A program made the translations under genes and the position numbers. DNA of 32,000 nucleotides from Halomicronema hongdechloris C2206. GTDB taxonomy: Bacteria > Cyanobacteriota > Cyanobacteriia > Phormidesmidales > Phormidesmidaceae. Positions 1-8,068 of this stretch are shown here, one piece after another. The stretch's first letter is position 1. Each line of letters opens with the position of its first letter. The notes beneath the pieces are model-generated. The model saw only the letters and a list, made by a program, of their open reading frames with translations, searched no databases and had not been told where the DNA came from. The stretch lies in assembly GCF_002075285.3 (NCBI RefSeq), contig NZ_CP021983.2:2400001-2432000 (forward strand), read 5' to 3'.

Positions 1-192
1 TCACGACGGTTGACTGAACCGGTTCTCCGCATCCTTCAATTGATTTTTGCACCTCTAATTTTGCTTCTATCTGGAGGCATTCTCTTTTTTAACGGATGGA
101 GACTAGACCCTATTTTACAGTTCCAGCAACTATTGCTGAGTATCCTGATTGGTTACCTCATTCTCCTAGACTTGCAGGGCAATCGCATCTAG
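1..192 (+). CDS. ycf66: Ycf66-family small membrane protein, 3' portion (5' end lies outside the window)
   Basis: The frame is open from nt 1. The translation contains SGGILFFNGWRLDPILQF, which matches the conserved GWRLDPILQF segment I recall from the Ycf66 N-terminal domain. Stop at 190-192. Confidence 0.6.
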   Translation, partial: SRRLTEPVLRILQLIFAPLILLLSGGILFFNGWRLDPILQFQQLLLSILIGYLILLDLQGNRI

Positions 193-452
193 TTTTTAGA
201 GAATATTAGTAGTGTCTATGCCTATCGTTTAGATGCCAAGTACAGCGTAAACCAATGATTTGACCAGAATACAATGTAAATCTTTTATTCAGTAGAGAAT
301 AAAACCGTAGCTTGAAGTGCCTGTATACCGAGCAGATCACGGCTCATGAATCTTGTCAATTAATGTTAAGCTGCGATGCCCATGCCTAGACTTGAAGAGA
401 TTAAAACGGACTACTCAGCAATAGGATAAAACTTATTTTGAAGTGGAATTGC

Positions 453-761
453 ATGTCAGACTTACTCACAAGAATTACTATCAATCCTAAACAATGTGGT
501 GGTCATCTCTGCATTCGAGGCATGAGAAGTAGGGTGTCAGATGTACTGGACTTATTTGCGGCTGGACTAAATGCTGAACAAATCCTAGAAGAAATGCCTG
601 ATTTGGAGGCAGATGACTTAAAAGCAGCACTTCTATATGCCTCACGTAAGCTTAATCACCCAGGATATCAACTTAAGGCGGGAAATCAAGATATTGGTAC
701 GGCGTATCAATCAGCACGCTATCGAAAAGAGATAAAAGGGGGCACTGGCTCAATGGTTTAG
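453..761 (+). CDS. DUF433 domain protein (antitoxin-like), with an atypical C-terminal extension
   Basis: MSDLLTRITINPKQCGGHLCIRGMRSRVSDVLDLFAAGLNAEQILEEMPDLEADDLKAALLYA fits the DUF433 pattern (CGG.P.IRG.R..V..vl). ATG at 453 is preferred over the upstream TTG at 438. About 30 extra residues follow the point where the domain usually ends. Confidence 0.65.
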   Translation: MSDLLTRITINPKQCGGHLCIRGMRSRVSDVLDLFAAGLNAEQILEEMPDLEADDLKAALLYASRKLNHPGYQLKAGNQDIGTAYQSARYRKEIKGGTGSMV

Positions 762-869
762 GGGGCTGGCAAACGGTGATGCGCTGGCAGGTAAGCGGTT
801 TTGCTAACGCCAGGGAAGGGACAGTCTGGGATAATACTCCATGGCTGGCTTTTATCTGGAGAGGGGTCC

Positions 870-1910
870 ATGAAACGCTCTTTAATTCCTATGGTGACGG
901 CGCTGTTGATTTTGCCGGGCTGGTGTCTGCCAGCTGGGGCCCAGCGGGTGACTAATGTTAGCCCTGAAGTGGATAGCCAGGGGATCTCCCCTGAGACCTC
1001 GATTTCGGGACAGTTTACTCCCAGCGATGGAGTGACGGTGCAGCCGGGAACCGTGACGCTGATGGTCCATGGGGAAGATGTGACTGACCGCAGCACGATC
1101 ACCCAGAATTTCTTTACCTACCGGCCCAGTCAAGCCTTACCCAGAGGTCCGGTCCAGGTGCAAATCGAGTTTCTAGGCAGCGATGGGGTGCGTCGAGTCG
1201 CTGCCTGGCAGTTTACGGTGCAGTCCCCTAGCACTGTTCTCGAGATTCAATCCTTGAGCCACAATGCTGCCGCACCTCTGGGACCCAACGATGTCTTTCG
1301 GGCGACCCTAAATGGTCCGTCAGGGGGAGAGGCCACTATTCTATTGATTGAAAATGGCCAGACGGTGAGAACCTTGGCGACAGAGGAAGTTTCCCCAGGG
1401 GTCTATGTGGCCAATTTGGCAGTGCCGGCCAATGTGTCGGTAGCGGAAGGGATTGTGGTGGGCCGATTGCGACACCAAGGGCAGACGGCCTATGCGATCG
1501 CATCAGAGCCCGCTAGCTTCACCCAGACAGCCACTGATACAGGCTCTGAGCCAGTAGTCGAGACCCCTGACACCGATCCAGCGACGACAGCAGTGGTGCC
1601 CCTGGCTCCAGAATTTACCAGTCACGCCAGCGGCGATACCGTCAGTGGCAACCGCTTTACCCTAGAGGGACGTACCCGCCCGGGAGCCACCGTCGATATC
1701 ACCGTCACCGGCAGCAACTCCCTATTTGGCCTAGTCAACGTGGGCCAAACTCTGTTAGACCAACAGGTCACCGCCGACGACGAGGGGCGATTTCGAGTGG
1801 AGGTGCCAGTGGGCCTGCTCAATGCCGGCGGGACCCGCTATCTGGTGACGGCCATGGCCCGTCTGAATGGAGAGCAGGCCAGCAGTGAATTGACCCTGAC
1901 CCACGAGTAA
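870..1910 (+). CDS. Secreted protein with probable repeated Ig-like/beta-sandwich domains (hypothetical)
   Basis: ATG at 870 is preceded by GGAGAGGGG. The N-terminal signal peptide is MKRSLIPMVTALLILPGWCLPAGA-Q. The rest is Thr/Val/Gly-rich and beta-strand-like, e.g. GTVTLMVHGEDVT and RFTLEGRTRPGATVDITVTG. ATG 870 was chosen over the ORF-track start at 801. Confidence 0.7.
   Translation: MKRSLIPMVTALLILPGWCLPAGAQRVTNVSPEVDSQGISPETSISGQFTPSDGVTVQPGTVTLMVHGEDVTDRSTITQNFFTYRPSQALPRGPVQVQIEFLGSDGVRRVAAWQFTVQSPSTVLEIQSLSHNAAAPLGPNDVFRATLNGPSGGEATILLIENGQTVRTLATEEVSPGVYVANLAVPANVSVAEGIVVGRLRHQGQTAYAIASEPASFTQTATDTGSEPVVETPDTDPATTAVVPLAPEFTSHASGDTVSGNRFTLEGRTRPGATVDITVTGSNSLFGLVNVGQTLLDQQVTADDEGRFRVEVPVGLLNAGGTRYLVTAMARLNGEQASSELTLTHE
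1494..1501. repeat. HIP1 palindrome GCGATCGC
   Basis: Exact octamer read in the sequence. Confidence 0.95.
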
Positions 1911-1922
1911 CAGACATGGCCA

Positions 1923-3185
1923 CTAGGGCAGCCATTTAGCCAGTCGTCCCGACACCTGCAGAGATTCTGGTGCCAGCTGCACCACCTGAGCCTGCAGTTG
2001 CTCTTGGCGATTATTGAATAAGGGTAACAGCCAGATCTGCCCCGCCTCCGTCCGCTCTGGAGCAACGGTGGTAGATTTGGCGGTGGCAGGCAGGGCTAGA
2101 TCGACGAGGAGGGCCAACCCATCGGGGGAGAGGCTCATATGAATGTCGGGCTGGGGGGCAAAGGTGAGTAAATCGGTAGCCTCTCCCGAGTCCAACTGAA
2201 TGGCTGCCAGAAACGGTTGTTCGACGTATTGCTCACCGGGGATGACCTGGGTCGCTAAACAATAGAGCAAGCGATTGGTGGGATCAAACTGGGCTGCTAG
2301 GACAGAGCCAGTGACCTGTAGCAGCTCCGTTTCATCGCCCTGGTTGGTGACCAAGAATAGGGATTCGGTGAACCGCTGCTCGGGATCATCCTGGTTGAAG
2401 TTGACCATGGCCGCCCTGGTGCCATCGCTGGTCAGATCAAAGACCTGACCATACTGGGGTAAAAAGTCGAGGGGTTGATCGTCGCTGGCCTCATCCAGGG
2501 GAATCACCGCCGTGCCCTGGCCCTGCAAGAGCAGTAGGGATTGGTTGTCGGGGCCAATCAGGAAATCACCCCCCGGATCGGTGTCCAGAGGCCGGGGCGG
2601 CTCTCCGGCCGCCACCACCCAAGGACCAAAATCGGCGGGATTATTGCGATTCACCCGCTGCACCACAATGGTTTGGCCGTCGGCTGAGAGATCGAACTTG
2701 AGGTTTTGATACTGGTCACTGTCGAGCACCAGGGTATATTCCCCGGCCGCAGCAGCGGTCTGCCGTCGGGGCCAGAGACGGAAACTTTGGGCCGTCCCTA
2801 ACTCTTCGGGAGAGTTAGGGGTCAGACCAGTGCTGACACTGTAAAGGCGGGGGGCCAACTCGCCTGCGCCGTAGGTGGCTCGGTCGGTGGCAGACACCAG
2901 GATGCGATCGCCCTCGGGGTAGGGTTCAAAGTCTAGAATCACCCAATCCTTAGGGGTGAGTAGGGTATGGCTCTGCTGAGTCAGGTCTACCAGCACCAAA
3001 CGGTCCGCCTCGTCCCCCTCACTGCCGATATAGGCAAAGGCCCGGTGACGGCTGGCGAAGTCGGCCTGGAAGGGAAGAAATCGCCCCGGCTGATCACGTT
3101 GGGCCGAGAAGCGGTCCTGGGCGTTGGACAATTGGATTGAAAAGCGTTCACCGTAGGGGCGGGGTAGCTTCAGGGTATAGGCCAT
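1923..3185 (-). CDS. Beta-propeller-like (TolB/WD40-like) protein. This is the intact 420-aa distal part of a longer gene whose 5' end is frameshifted.
   Basis: Uninterrupted 420-aa ORF. Repetitive strand-like segments with SPDG/SADG/TSDG motifs (SLSPDGLALLV, LSADGQTIVV, LTSDGTRAAMV) are typical of propeller blades. The coding signal continues upstream in other frames (see the pseudogene entry). Confidence 0.7.
   Translation of the reverse strand: MAYTLKLPRPYGERFSIQLSNAQDRFSAQRDQPGRFLPFQADFASRHRAFAYIGSEGDEADRLVLVDLTQQSHTLLTPKDWVILDFEPYPEGDRILVSATDRATYGAGELAPRLYSVSTGLTPNSPEELGTAQSFRLWPRRQTAAAAGEYTLVLDSDQYQNLKFDLSADGQTIVVQRVNRNNPADFGPWVVAAGEPPRPLDTDPGGDFLIGPDNQSLLLLQGQGTAVIPLDEASDDQPLDFLPQYGQVFDLTSDGTRAAMVNFNQDDPEQRFTESLFLVTNQGDETELLQVTGSVLAAQFDPTNRLLYCLATQVIPGEQYVEQPFLAAIQLDSGEATDLLTFAPQPDIHMSLSPDGLALLVDLALPATAKSTTVAPERTEAGQIWLLPLFNNRQEQLQAQVVQLAPESLQVSGRLAKWLP
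2904..2911. repeat. HIP1 palindrome GCGATCGC
   Basis: Exact octamer read in the sequence. Confidence 0.95.
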
Positions 3186-3486
3186 GCGTCGCCCGGCCCA
3201 GCTAAAATTTCCCAGGCAGGGCAGGGGTGATGGTCAGATTGGGCCCTCCACACTGCTGCTGGGTCCATGGGGCGACTAAAGGTGATCACAAAGGCCTGAT
3301 GGTCGGCGCCGACTTGTCGGTCTTGCCAGGAAAAGGCACGCACCTTGGCGGCCGCATGATCGCCCCAGCCAGACCTATCCCTGCGGCCACTATTGTGAGG
3401 CCGAGCAATAGGCTGATGGCCCAGCGATCTAGGGGCTGCAGGGCTCTCCAACGGCGAGGCAAAAACCGATGCGATCGCATAGTCAC
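3170..3486 (-). pseudogene. Disrupted 5' end (membrane anchor + Ig-like segment) of the 1923-3185 gene, spread over three frames
   Basis: Four minus-strand pieces chain into one plausible N-terminus. (1) ATG 3480: MRSHRFLPRRWRALQPLDRWAISLLLGLTIVAAGIGLAGA (TM anchor). (2) Second frame: GWGDHAAAKVRAFSWQDRQVGADHQAFVITFSRPMDPAAV. (3) Back in the first frame: GGPNLTITPALPGKF. (4) Third frame: SWAGRRMAYTL..., continuing as the 420-aa ORF. Confidence 0.5.
3471..3478. repeat. HIP1 palindrome GCGATCGC
   Basis: Exact octamer read in the sequence. Confidence 0.95.
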
Positions 3487-3492
3487 AGCGCA

Positions 3493-4275
3493 CTAATACT
3501 CATAGGGATTAGCCGGTTCCTCCACGGGCCGCAAGCGGTCGGGGGCAACCACCAGTTGTCGTTGGCCATCTAGAGTCTCGGTAGTCATCTGTCCTGTCAC
3601 CCGCAGCCAGGTATCGGCAGCTGGAAGCGCCTGCCCCGTTGGTAGCCGCACCGCCAACCCCACCGGATAGGCATCGGCAGCACAGCAGGTGAGGACAAAC
3701 CGGGCGATCATCAGATGGGAATCAGGCCACTCGGGTGGGTGAATGACAAACCCGATCACATCCACCGCTTGACCACCATAGGCATCCGGCTCCGGATAGA
3801 CATTCAGGGTCCGGACCCAATCGATAATGGTGCGCTCTTCCGGTGCCGCCTGGCGCACGAAGGCTTGGGGCCGCGAAGAACGAGTCATAGACAGGGTATC
3901 GGTCAGCCCCCGCTGCAGAGCTGTATCACTAGTAAAGGGACGGGGGCTGTAAATTAACCCGGCCACCGCCACCGCCAGCAAGATGCCCCGACTCCAGCGG
4001 TGGGGCATGAGGGTAATGTGCTGGGCCAATGCCGGACGGCGGCTGGGGGGTTGCAACATCTGAGTCAACAACCGCCAGCCCTGTAAGCCTGCCAGCCCCA
4101 ACAGTACCACGGCAGCACTGTGGGATAGCCACTGGTAGTCAGGGTGTAACAGGACGGCCAGTTCCCCTGTCAGCCAATACTTCAGCAGCAGGCTCCCCCA
4201 AGCCAGCAACACCAACAGGTCCGAGAATTCAAACCAGGGCAAGGGACCTCCCTGGAAGCGGCGACTAGTCATCAT
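3493..4275 (-). CDS. TIGR03943 / DUF1980 (COG3689, YcgQ-like) membrane protein, partner of the COG0701 permease
   Basis: Two N-terminal TM helices are followed by a soluble C-terminal domain with the conserved FVLTCCAADA motif. It sits directly downstream of a COG0701 permease, which is the usual arrangement for this family. Confidence 0.8.
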   Translation of the reverse strand: MMTSRRFQGGPLPWFEFSDLLVLLAWGSLLLKYWLTGELAVLLHPDYQWLSHSAAVVLLGLAGLQGWRLLTQMLQPPSRRPALAQHITLMPHRWSRGILLAVAVAGLIYSPRPFTSDTALQRGLTDTLSMTRSSRPQAFVRQAAPEERTIIDWVRTLNVYPEPDAYGGQAVDVIGFVIHPPEWPDSHLMIARFVLTCCAADAYPVGLAVRLPTGQALPAADTWLRVTGQMTTETLDGQRQLVVAPDRLRPVEEPANPYEY

Positions 4276-4340
4276 TCCTCAGGAACGCAACGGGCCAAAT
4301 TGGGCCACCTCTGGACTGGGATGCCATGGATACCCTCCAG

Positions 4341-5342
4341 TTACAGCACATAGAGATTAATCAGCAAGGTGATCACGAAGGTCAGCAACCCTGCCAGACC
4401 AAACAAATAGATGATGGCCCGGCTACGGAACAGGGTCAGCAGCAGACTGATGTTCTTCAGGTCAATCATGGGGCCAAACACTAAGAAGGCTAGCAGGGAG
4501 CCACTGGTGAAGGTGGCCGCAAAGGAGAGGGCAAAGAAGGAGTCGACCGTAGAGCAAATGGAAACCACCCAGGCCAAAAGCATCATGGCCAGAATCGAAG
4601 TGATCGGGCCTTGCCCTAGTCCCAAGACCATGTCTCGCGGCAGCGCCACCTGGACAGTGGCGGCAATGGCGCTGCCGATGACCAGCACCGCCCCCAGTTC
4701 TCGGAATTCCTGCAACATGGTGTCGACCATCAGCGGCCACTTCTGCCGCCGGGAACGGGGCCGGGCCGGGGCAGTCATCACCGCCGCCGGATTGTCCATC
4801 TGCAAGAGTTGACCGGATCCCTGCATCAGATAGGTGCCGGAGCGCAGCAGGGGAGAAGGACTTGCTTCCGTGGCCGAGGCGGCGGGGACTACCTTGGCCA
4901 ACGAGGGCTGCAAAAAGGGACGTAGATCGCGCTGGGCACTGAAGACGGCTCCGATTAGGGTGGCGATGGTCAGGGTCAGCACCAGCCGTAGCACCACCAT
5001 TTCGGGTTGGTCTCGAAAGGCGACCCAGGTGGCCCAGATGACGATGGGGTTGACGGTGGGGGCCGCCAATAAGAAACCAATGGCCACGGCCGGCGGGGCT
5101 CCTTGCAGGATCAGCCGGCGGGCTACCGGCACATTGCCACATTCACAGACGGGAAAGAGGAAGCCCACCAAGCTGCCGGATAGAGCCGCCAAGATTGGGT
5201 GCCGAGGCAAAGCCGCCACTAACTGTTTTTCATCGACAAACAATAACAGCAGGCTAGAGAACGCCACCCCCAGCAACAGGAAGGGCATGGCCTCCACTAG
5301 CAGACTGAGGAAGAGTGTCGTGCCGTTATGGAGTTGAGTCAT
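4341..5342 (-). CDS. COG0701 / UPF0718 (ArsP_1, DUF318) family permease
   Basis: 333-aa polytopic membrane protein. It has the family-typical FPVCECGNVPVARRL motif, a central hydrophilic loop and a second hydrophobic half. Confidence 0.85.
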   Translation of the reverse strand: MTQLHNGTTLFLSLLVEAMPFLLLGVAFSSLLLLFVDEKQLVAALPRHPILAALSGSLVGFLFPVCECGNVPVARRLILQGAPPAVAIGFLLAAPTVNPIVIWATWVAFRDQPEMVVLRLVLTLTIATLIGAVFSAQRDLRPFLQPSLAKVVPAASATEASPSPLLRSGTYLMQGSGQLLQMDNPAAVMTAPARPRSRRQKWPLMVDTMLQEFRELGAVLVIGSAIAATVQVALPRDMVLGLGQGPITSILAMMLLAWVVSICSTVDSFFALSFAATFTSGSLLAFLVFGPMIDLKNISLLLTLFRSRAIIYLFGLAGLLTFVITLLINLYVL

Positions 5343-5624
5343 CAGGAGGCTGGCATCCCCAAGTGAGAGCGTTGGCCAGATAGCTGGACCAGATCCCTAA
5401 GGCTAGGAACTGTGCTGGTGCACAACCGCTGCCAAGGTGGCGACGGTCGCTATCTCGCATGGATTCTGGCATGCCATTCTAACGGATAATTGTGGTCAGG
5501 CCGATCCCGGCTGCTAAATTCCATCCTGGCGGGGAGTCCTGGGGCTAACCCAGGTGCCGGCCACTGTTCTCGCCAGGCCTGCCCCGATTTCCTGGGCAGA
5601 CTCCAGATCAGCCTGGAGCAGAGG

Positions 5625-6035
5625 TTAATGCACCTTGCTGTCCCGGACTAGGGCGACACCATGAATGGGGCACTGGGGGATGGCTTCGGTCTGGGAGCGG
5701 CGGTACCAGGCATGATGACAATTGGCCACGGGACAGCGGTAGCGCGGGCTGGTGACGGCGTGGGAGCTAGATGGCAGAGGTTGATAGGTGCGGACAGCCT
5801 CTAGGCTGGCCTCGGGATCATAGCCGTGCTCTAGGTAAAATATCACCCAGACTCGCAGGGGGTCGTGAGATGCGATCGCAGCCCAGAGCTCCCGGCCATT
5901 GCCGGTGTTGGTGGCCGCTTGGGCCAGGGCCACCAACTGAGTGTCCAGGGCTTGCGCCGTAGGAGCCTCTAGCAACTGGGGCAGATAGGGGCGCAGAGCT
6001 TGGACGGCTTTGAGCAACTGCTCAAGGGAATACAT
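5625..6035 (-). CDS. Hypothetical protein with a C-terminal zinc-ribbon-like Cys/His cluster
   Basis: ORF with ATG at 6035 (MYSLEQLL...). The C-terminus reads YRCPVANCHHAWYRRSQTEAIPQCPIHG (C-x4-C ... C-P-x-H). I do not recognise the family. Confidence 0.55.
   Translation of the reverse strand: MYSLEQLLKAVQALRPYLPQLLEAPTAQALDTQLVALAQAATNTGNGRELWAAIASHDPLRVWVIFYLEHGYDPEASLEAVRTYQPLPSSSHAVTSPRYRCPVANCHHAWYRRSQTEAIPQCPIHGVALVRDSKVH
5872..5879. repeat. HIP1 palindrome GCGATCGC
   Basis: Exact octamer read in the sequence. Confidence 0.95.
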
Positions 6036-6138
6036 TGCGGTCTCCAGACAGCAAGGGGACTCTTTCAGCATGGTAGCTGAGTCGACACCAGCGGAGCTTA
6101 GGTTGAAAAACTATTACGTCTGCTAGCACCAGCCTACC

Positions 6139-6345
6139 TCAACGGTAAGACGACTCAGCCCCCGGCAACCAGGTCTGAATCTGCTCCATGATCACCTCGG
6201 GACCAATGCCGAAGAACAACTGCAGGGCTAACAGAATCAAGGCGACCATCACCGCCGTTTTCAAGGTGGCCTTGACCACCTTGAGTAACCAGGTGAAGAC
6301 CAGAAAAGACAGGATGATAGAGCCAATGACGACAACAATTTCCAC
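6139..6345 (-). CDS. Small two-TM membrane protein (hypothetical)
   Basis: GTG at 6345 is preceded by GAGGA with a 5-nt spacer (minus strand GAGGACTACCGTG). Two hydrophobic helices: IVVVIGSIILSFLVFTWLL and AVMVALILLALQLFFGI. The alternative start at ATG 6381 would begin 1 nt after the dxr stop. Confidence 0.45.
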   Translation of the reverse strand: MEIVVVIGSIILSFLVFTWLLKVVKATLKTAVMVALILLALQLFFGIGPEVIMEQIQTWLPGAESSYR

Positions 6346-6384
6346 GGTAGTCCTCGGGGGGCAACACGGCAGGGAGAGCAACCA

Positions 6385-7578
6385 TCACGCTAAGGACACA
6401 TAGGTCGAGGCGGTCAAAGACTGACTGGCCACCACCACTTGCTCGCGGGCCCAACTATCGGCCCAGAGAATATCCTCCAATCTGGGTTGGCAGCGCAGAT
6501 CGGCGCGATGGCGCTCACAGATCTGCTCAATCAGACGGGGGATATCGAGAAACTGCACCTGTTCCTCGATAAATAGGGAGACGGCCTGTTCATTGGCGGC
6601 ATTGAGCACAGCGGTCATGGTCCCTCCGACTCGGCCAGCGGCGTAGGCCAACTCCATACAGGGATATTTAGCGTGGTCAGGCTCCCGAAAGGTGAGACTA
6701 CCAGCCTTGACTAGATCCAGGGGCTCCCAGTCGGTATAGAGTCGCTCTGGCCAAGAGAGGGCGTAAAGTAAAGGCAGGCGCATATCTGGCCATCCCAGTT
6801 GGGCCAGCATGGATGTATCCTGTACTTCAATCAGGGAATGGATGATGCTTTGGGGATGGATGACAATGTCGATATGGTCATAGTCGAGGCCAAACAGGTA
6901 GTGGGCTTCGATTACTTCTAAGCCCTTGTTCATCAGGGTGGCAGAGTCGATGGTGATCTTGCGGCCCATGGACCAGTTGGGATGCTTCAGGGCGTCGGCT
7001 ACAGTCACCTGGGGCAATCTCTCGACGGGCCAGTCCCGGAAAGCCCCACCGGATGCCGTGAGTAGAATTCGCCGTAGCCCTCCTTCTGGCACCCCTTGCA
7101 GACATTGGAAAATGGCAGAGTGTTCTGAATCGGCGGGCAGTAATTTCACCCCGTGGCGTTCCACCAGAGGCAGGACCACTGGACCAGCGGCAATCAGGGT
7201 TTCCTTATTGGCCAGGGCAATGTCTTTGCCAGCCTCGATGGCAGCCAGGGTCGGCAAGAGGCCAGCGCAGCCAACAATGCCAGTGACTACGGCTTCGGCG
7301 TCGCCGTAGCGGGCCACTTCCACCACCCCCGCTTCCCCAGCAACCACGATGGGTTGAGGATCCACATCGGCAATGGCAGCCTTGAGGGCGGCTGTCTGGG
7401 TCTGGTCACAAATAGCCACAATCTGGGGATGAAACTGCCGCACTTGCTGGGCTAGGAGATCTACATTGCGTCCCGCGGCGATGCCTACCAGCCGAAACGC
7501 CTCAGGGTGCTGCTGCAGGATATCCAGGGTCTGAGTACCGATGGAGCCAGTGGAGCCAAGTAGGGTGATCGCTTTCAC
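6385..7578 (-). CDS. dxr: 1-deoxy-D-xylulose 5-phosphate reductoisomerase
   Basis: Diagnostic motifs: [15 protein letters not shown] (NADPH binding), [35 protein letters not shown] 7578 with GAGG 6 nt upstream gives the usual N-terminus (V)[11 protein letters not shown]. The ORF-track start at ATG 7608 is the alternative. Confidence 0.95.
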   Translation of the reverse strand: MKAITLLGSTGSIGTQTLDILQQHPEAFRLVGIAAGRNVDLLAQQVRQFHPQIVAICDQTQTAALKAAIADVDPQPIVVAGEAGVVEVARYGDAEAVVTGIVGCAGLLPTLAAIEAGKDIALANKETLIAAGPVVLPLVERHGVKLLPADSEHSAIFQCLQGVPEGGLRRILLTASGGAFRDWPVERLPQVTVADALKHPNWSMGRKITIDSATLMNKGLEVIEAHYLFGLDYDHIDIVIHPQSIIHSLIEVQDTSMLAQLGWPDMRLPLLYALSWPERLYTDWEPLDLVKAGSLTFREPDHAKYPCMELAYAAGRVGGTMTAVLNAANEQAVSLFIEEQVQFLDIPRLIEQICERHRADLRCQPRLEDILWADSWAREQVVVASQSLTASTYVSLA

Positions 7579-7801
7579 GGGGAGCCTCAGAAGTTGCGTT
7601 ATGTTCAACTATAGAATCTCATGGTAAGGGGATGGAAGTTGGCGATGGCGAACGACCCTGATTCCAGTTCTCGCAGGTTCTGTCCTCTGGCTCCTGGCGC
7701 CTGAATGCTGCTGCCTGAGTAAGTCATCCCGTCCCAGCTTCAGTGAGTACCACTGCGATGGCCCTCTGGGCCGGGTCTTGAACTATCGCACCTCTGCTTC
7801 T

Positions 7802-8068
7802 ATGGTCATGGACGCCTTTTCTCCGATTCCGCCCCTCTGGACCGAATCAGCCATCCACGCAGTGGAGTTCACTTGTCCTAGCTGTGGTGCTGGCAGCAGC
7901 CAGGCCCAGGCCGTTTGGATTAATCGCCGCTCTCCTGTATATACCGAGGGGCACCGCCATAAGTGGCAGGAGTTCTATCGCTGTGAATGTGAGACAGTCT
8001 GGTGGGCTTGGAGCAGTGATCGCCCTGTCCCAGATGATCTGCAGCCAGAGGAGTCAGACTCTCCGTGA
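7802..8068 (+). CDS. Small Cys-rich (zinc-ribbon-like) hypothetical protein
   Basis: The ORF contains CPSCG ... RCEC (C-x2-C ... C-x-C). Its TGA stop overlaps the GTG start of rbsK (GTGA at 8065-8068). The start is uncertain: TTG 7778, ATG 7802 or ATG 7808. Confidence 0.5.
   Translation: MVMDAFSPIPPLWTESAIHAVEFTCPSCGAGSSQAQAVWINRRSPVYTEGHRHKWQEFYRCECETVWWAWSSDRPVPDDLQPEESDSP

Noticed and set aside
5538-5554. A GC-rich hairpin, CCTGGG-GCTAA-CCCAGG, in the region between the 5625 gene and the permease operon. I considered it as a terminator.
   Set aside because: No U/T tract follows on either strand. The stem is short, and similar chance palindromes are expected in GC-rich DNA.
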